Positions 63,132-64,000 of a DNA stretch of 64,000 nt are shown one piece after another. The notes under the pieces were generated by a model, which saw only the letters and a list, made by a program, of their open reading frames with translations, was not told where the DNA came from and searched no databases. Positions within the stretch are counted from its first letter, which is position 1. Every line of letters starts with the position of its first letter. The stretch is from Perna viridis (taxonomy: Eukaryota): positions 186,001-250,000 of the forward strand of contig CM074521.1 in NCBI GenBank assembly GCA_037379345.1, given 5' to 3'. The position numbers and the translations under genes are program-made.

Positions 63132-64000
63132 AGTCGATTTTGTCCAACCAATATTTTCTTATAGAACAACCCAACAAACTCAAACAATTTGGATGTTCTC
63201 ATAACATTATTCCTGTCCTGGTACAACGTACAATTCTGGAACGGCTTGAAAAGTTACAGATTTCAAAACAAAGCTATGCTCTTGTCTGAAATATTAATTT
63301 AAAGTCAGTTTGTAAATTGTATCAGACTGATGATATGGTCAGTATTTATTTTTCATTTTGTTTCATTTCATTTATTTCCATGCATCATTTATATATTTGT
63401 CTATTAAGGCTTCTAATGGGGTTCGCCGCTGGGAACATAATCCCAAACGAAGGGAGGGGGGCATAGCTACTTGAATCCAGAGAAAATTTAGTTGATAATT
63501 AATCAATCCTCATTCTGAGTACAAAGTTGTAACAACTGCAGAGTATGATAAATAAAATCAGTCCTATCTTAAAACTAGTATTCCTAAGCCATATAAACGT
63601 CAAGGTAAATCTGATACAGGTCTGCAATAGGTCGACCCAACTCCTGTAAATCCTAAACGTGTTAATCCAGTGATTGACAGTAAACATATAACGGATACTT
63701 ATGTACATTCTTATACTACACCCTACATTTTCTGGGGAAGATAATAGTGAAACTCGAGAGCTTGATAAAAGCTATTGTTGAAAAGGACATATAAATCCAA
63801 CAGCTAAAAATAAATGTTAAGATCTTAATTTTGGTCTCAATTGTGGTATTCTTTTTTGAAAATTGCAAGTAAATAAAAAATATGACACAGTTTTGGATTA
63901 TGATAATCTTCAAATACATAAGATTTATAAAATTTATAAAATTATTCCCATAGTCAGATTAGAATATCAAGGACCAACAGCAATGCACTGTGATTCAGTC

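Noticed and set aside
63499-63919. ORFs at the right edge, or the expected transmembrane exon
   Set aside because: No convincing splice sites or motifs; the next exon of the receptor-like gene was not found within the window.

Overview
AT-rich, intron-containing animal genomic DNA, probably a bivalve such as an oyster (inferred from frequent TACATGTA and the repeat types; not verified). Most ORF-track entries are spurious. The right third holds one apparently intact plus-strand gene: 14 phase-consistent exons from ATG 40002 to 61649, continuing past the window. It encodes signal peptide-EMI-EGF-EGF-a long unassigned ectodomain-FN3-'GLSAG'. Its introns contain a Gmr1-type gypsy LTR element (tRNA-Pro PBS, PPT, GTAC TSD), Helentron-like repeats, SINEs, Penelope-like element (PLE) fragments, and an inverted repeat pair with a degenerate hammerhead-ribozyme motif that brackets two exons. 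The middle holds a decayed ISL2EU/Harbinger-type DNA transposon (THAP-DDE transposase facing a SAP-SWIM-YqaJ nuclease gene) with a nested PLE RT. The left part holds LINE relics, a multi-exon Ulp1/SENP-like protease pseudogene whose catalytic Cys codon has a 2-bp deletion, a USP (C19)-like relic on the same strand, a 2.6-kb 24-bp minisatellite between two ~0.8-kb direct duplicates, and a possible small 3-exon secreted-protein gene or pseudogene. All domain calls come from motifs translated by hand; no database search was run.
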